A stretch of DNA of 64,000 nucleotides from Tricharina praecox (Eukaryota). The notes beneath the pieces were generated by a model that was given only the letters and a program-made list of their open reading frames with translations, had not been told where the DNA came from and ran no database searches. The translations under genes and the position numbers were made by a program. Positions 63,589 to 64,000 of this stretch are shown here, in pieces; within the stretch, counting starts at the first letter, position 1; every line of letters starts with the position of its first letter. Where the stretch lies: the NCBI RefSeq assembly GCF_024521635.1, contig NW_026250407.1, forward strand, positions 248,001-312,000, in the 5' to 3' direction.

Positions 63589-64000
63589 AGCGACATATCC
63601 AGCGTACATAGAAGGAATATGTGATGCGGGAACAAAAGCATTATCTTCTCTTGTTGATCATGAGCTACTTAGTGAAATGAAGTACGAAAAATGCCTCCTG
63701 GCTTTCGTCTCGTGGTGACTGGAAGATCGTAGACGGTGGCGGTCACAATTCCTAGAGCTTTCCTCATAGGGGTATCCACCGTGACTAGAAAATTTGGATC
63801 ATTCCCATTATTCGGAGAGCTGCTGTAAAATATCACTCGTCAGCTAGTCATGGCCGAACACGAGCCCTTGCCCCATACTGACTGAGCTCTCTCTCCCATA
63901 CTGACTGACGGAAACGAGCTACTTACTGTGCAGGTGCTCACTAAAGTAACTTGCCGTTTATCGCCGCCGCGATACCACAGCGTGAGATAAAAGAATCATC

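Noticed and set aside
1..64000. tRNA, rRNA, snRNA genes and cryptic PTS1 readthrough extensions
   Set aside because: By eye I saw no cloverleaf or rRNA/snRNA signature, and no TGA-CTA plus SKL-type extension after the few stops I checked. tRNAscan-SE and Infernal were not run.

Overview
Eukaryotic DNA from a filamentous ascomycete, shown by spliced genes with GT..AG introns and CTRAC-type branch sites. A Pezizomycete origin is only my impression. I can support about 16 protein-coding genes: WHI2-like, PEX20, two F-box-like proteins, LARP1/Sro9-like, SFT2, an Rtg3/MiTF-type bHLH factor, a Kelch-like single-pass membrane protein, regucalcin/SMP30, stomatin-like SLP-2, mitoribosomal uL10m, CK2 beta, RPB12/RPC10, TMA20/MCTS1, a U1-type zinc-finger protein and OLA1/YchF. 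The right end (about 51.8-63.6 kb) is a compact housekeeping cluster. The middle holds long gene-poor spacers rich in microsatellites. Mobile or degenerate DNA comprises two PIF/Harbinger-like MITEs and a ~2 kb inverted-repeat-bounded remnant whose Gln codons appear converted to stops by C-to-T mutation. The most unusual signals concern start codons. WHI2 has a 100-codon AUG-less in-frame extension with a PPPY motif. The CK2 beta ATG is split by an intron and sits on a small, potentially skippable exon. The Kelch-like membrane protein lacks a signal peptide and has an in-frame uORF ending in TAG just upstream. Family calls come from motif recognition from memory; no searches were run. I found no tRNA, rRNA or CRISPR.
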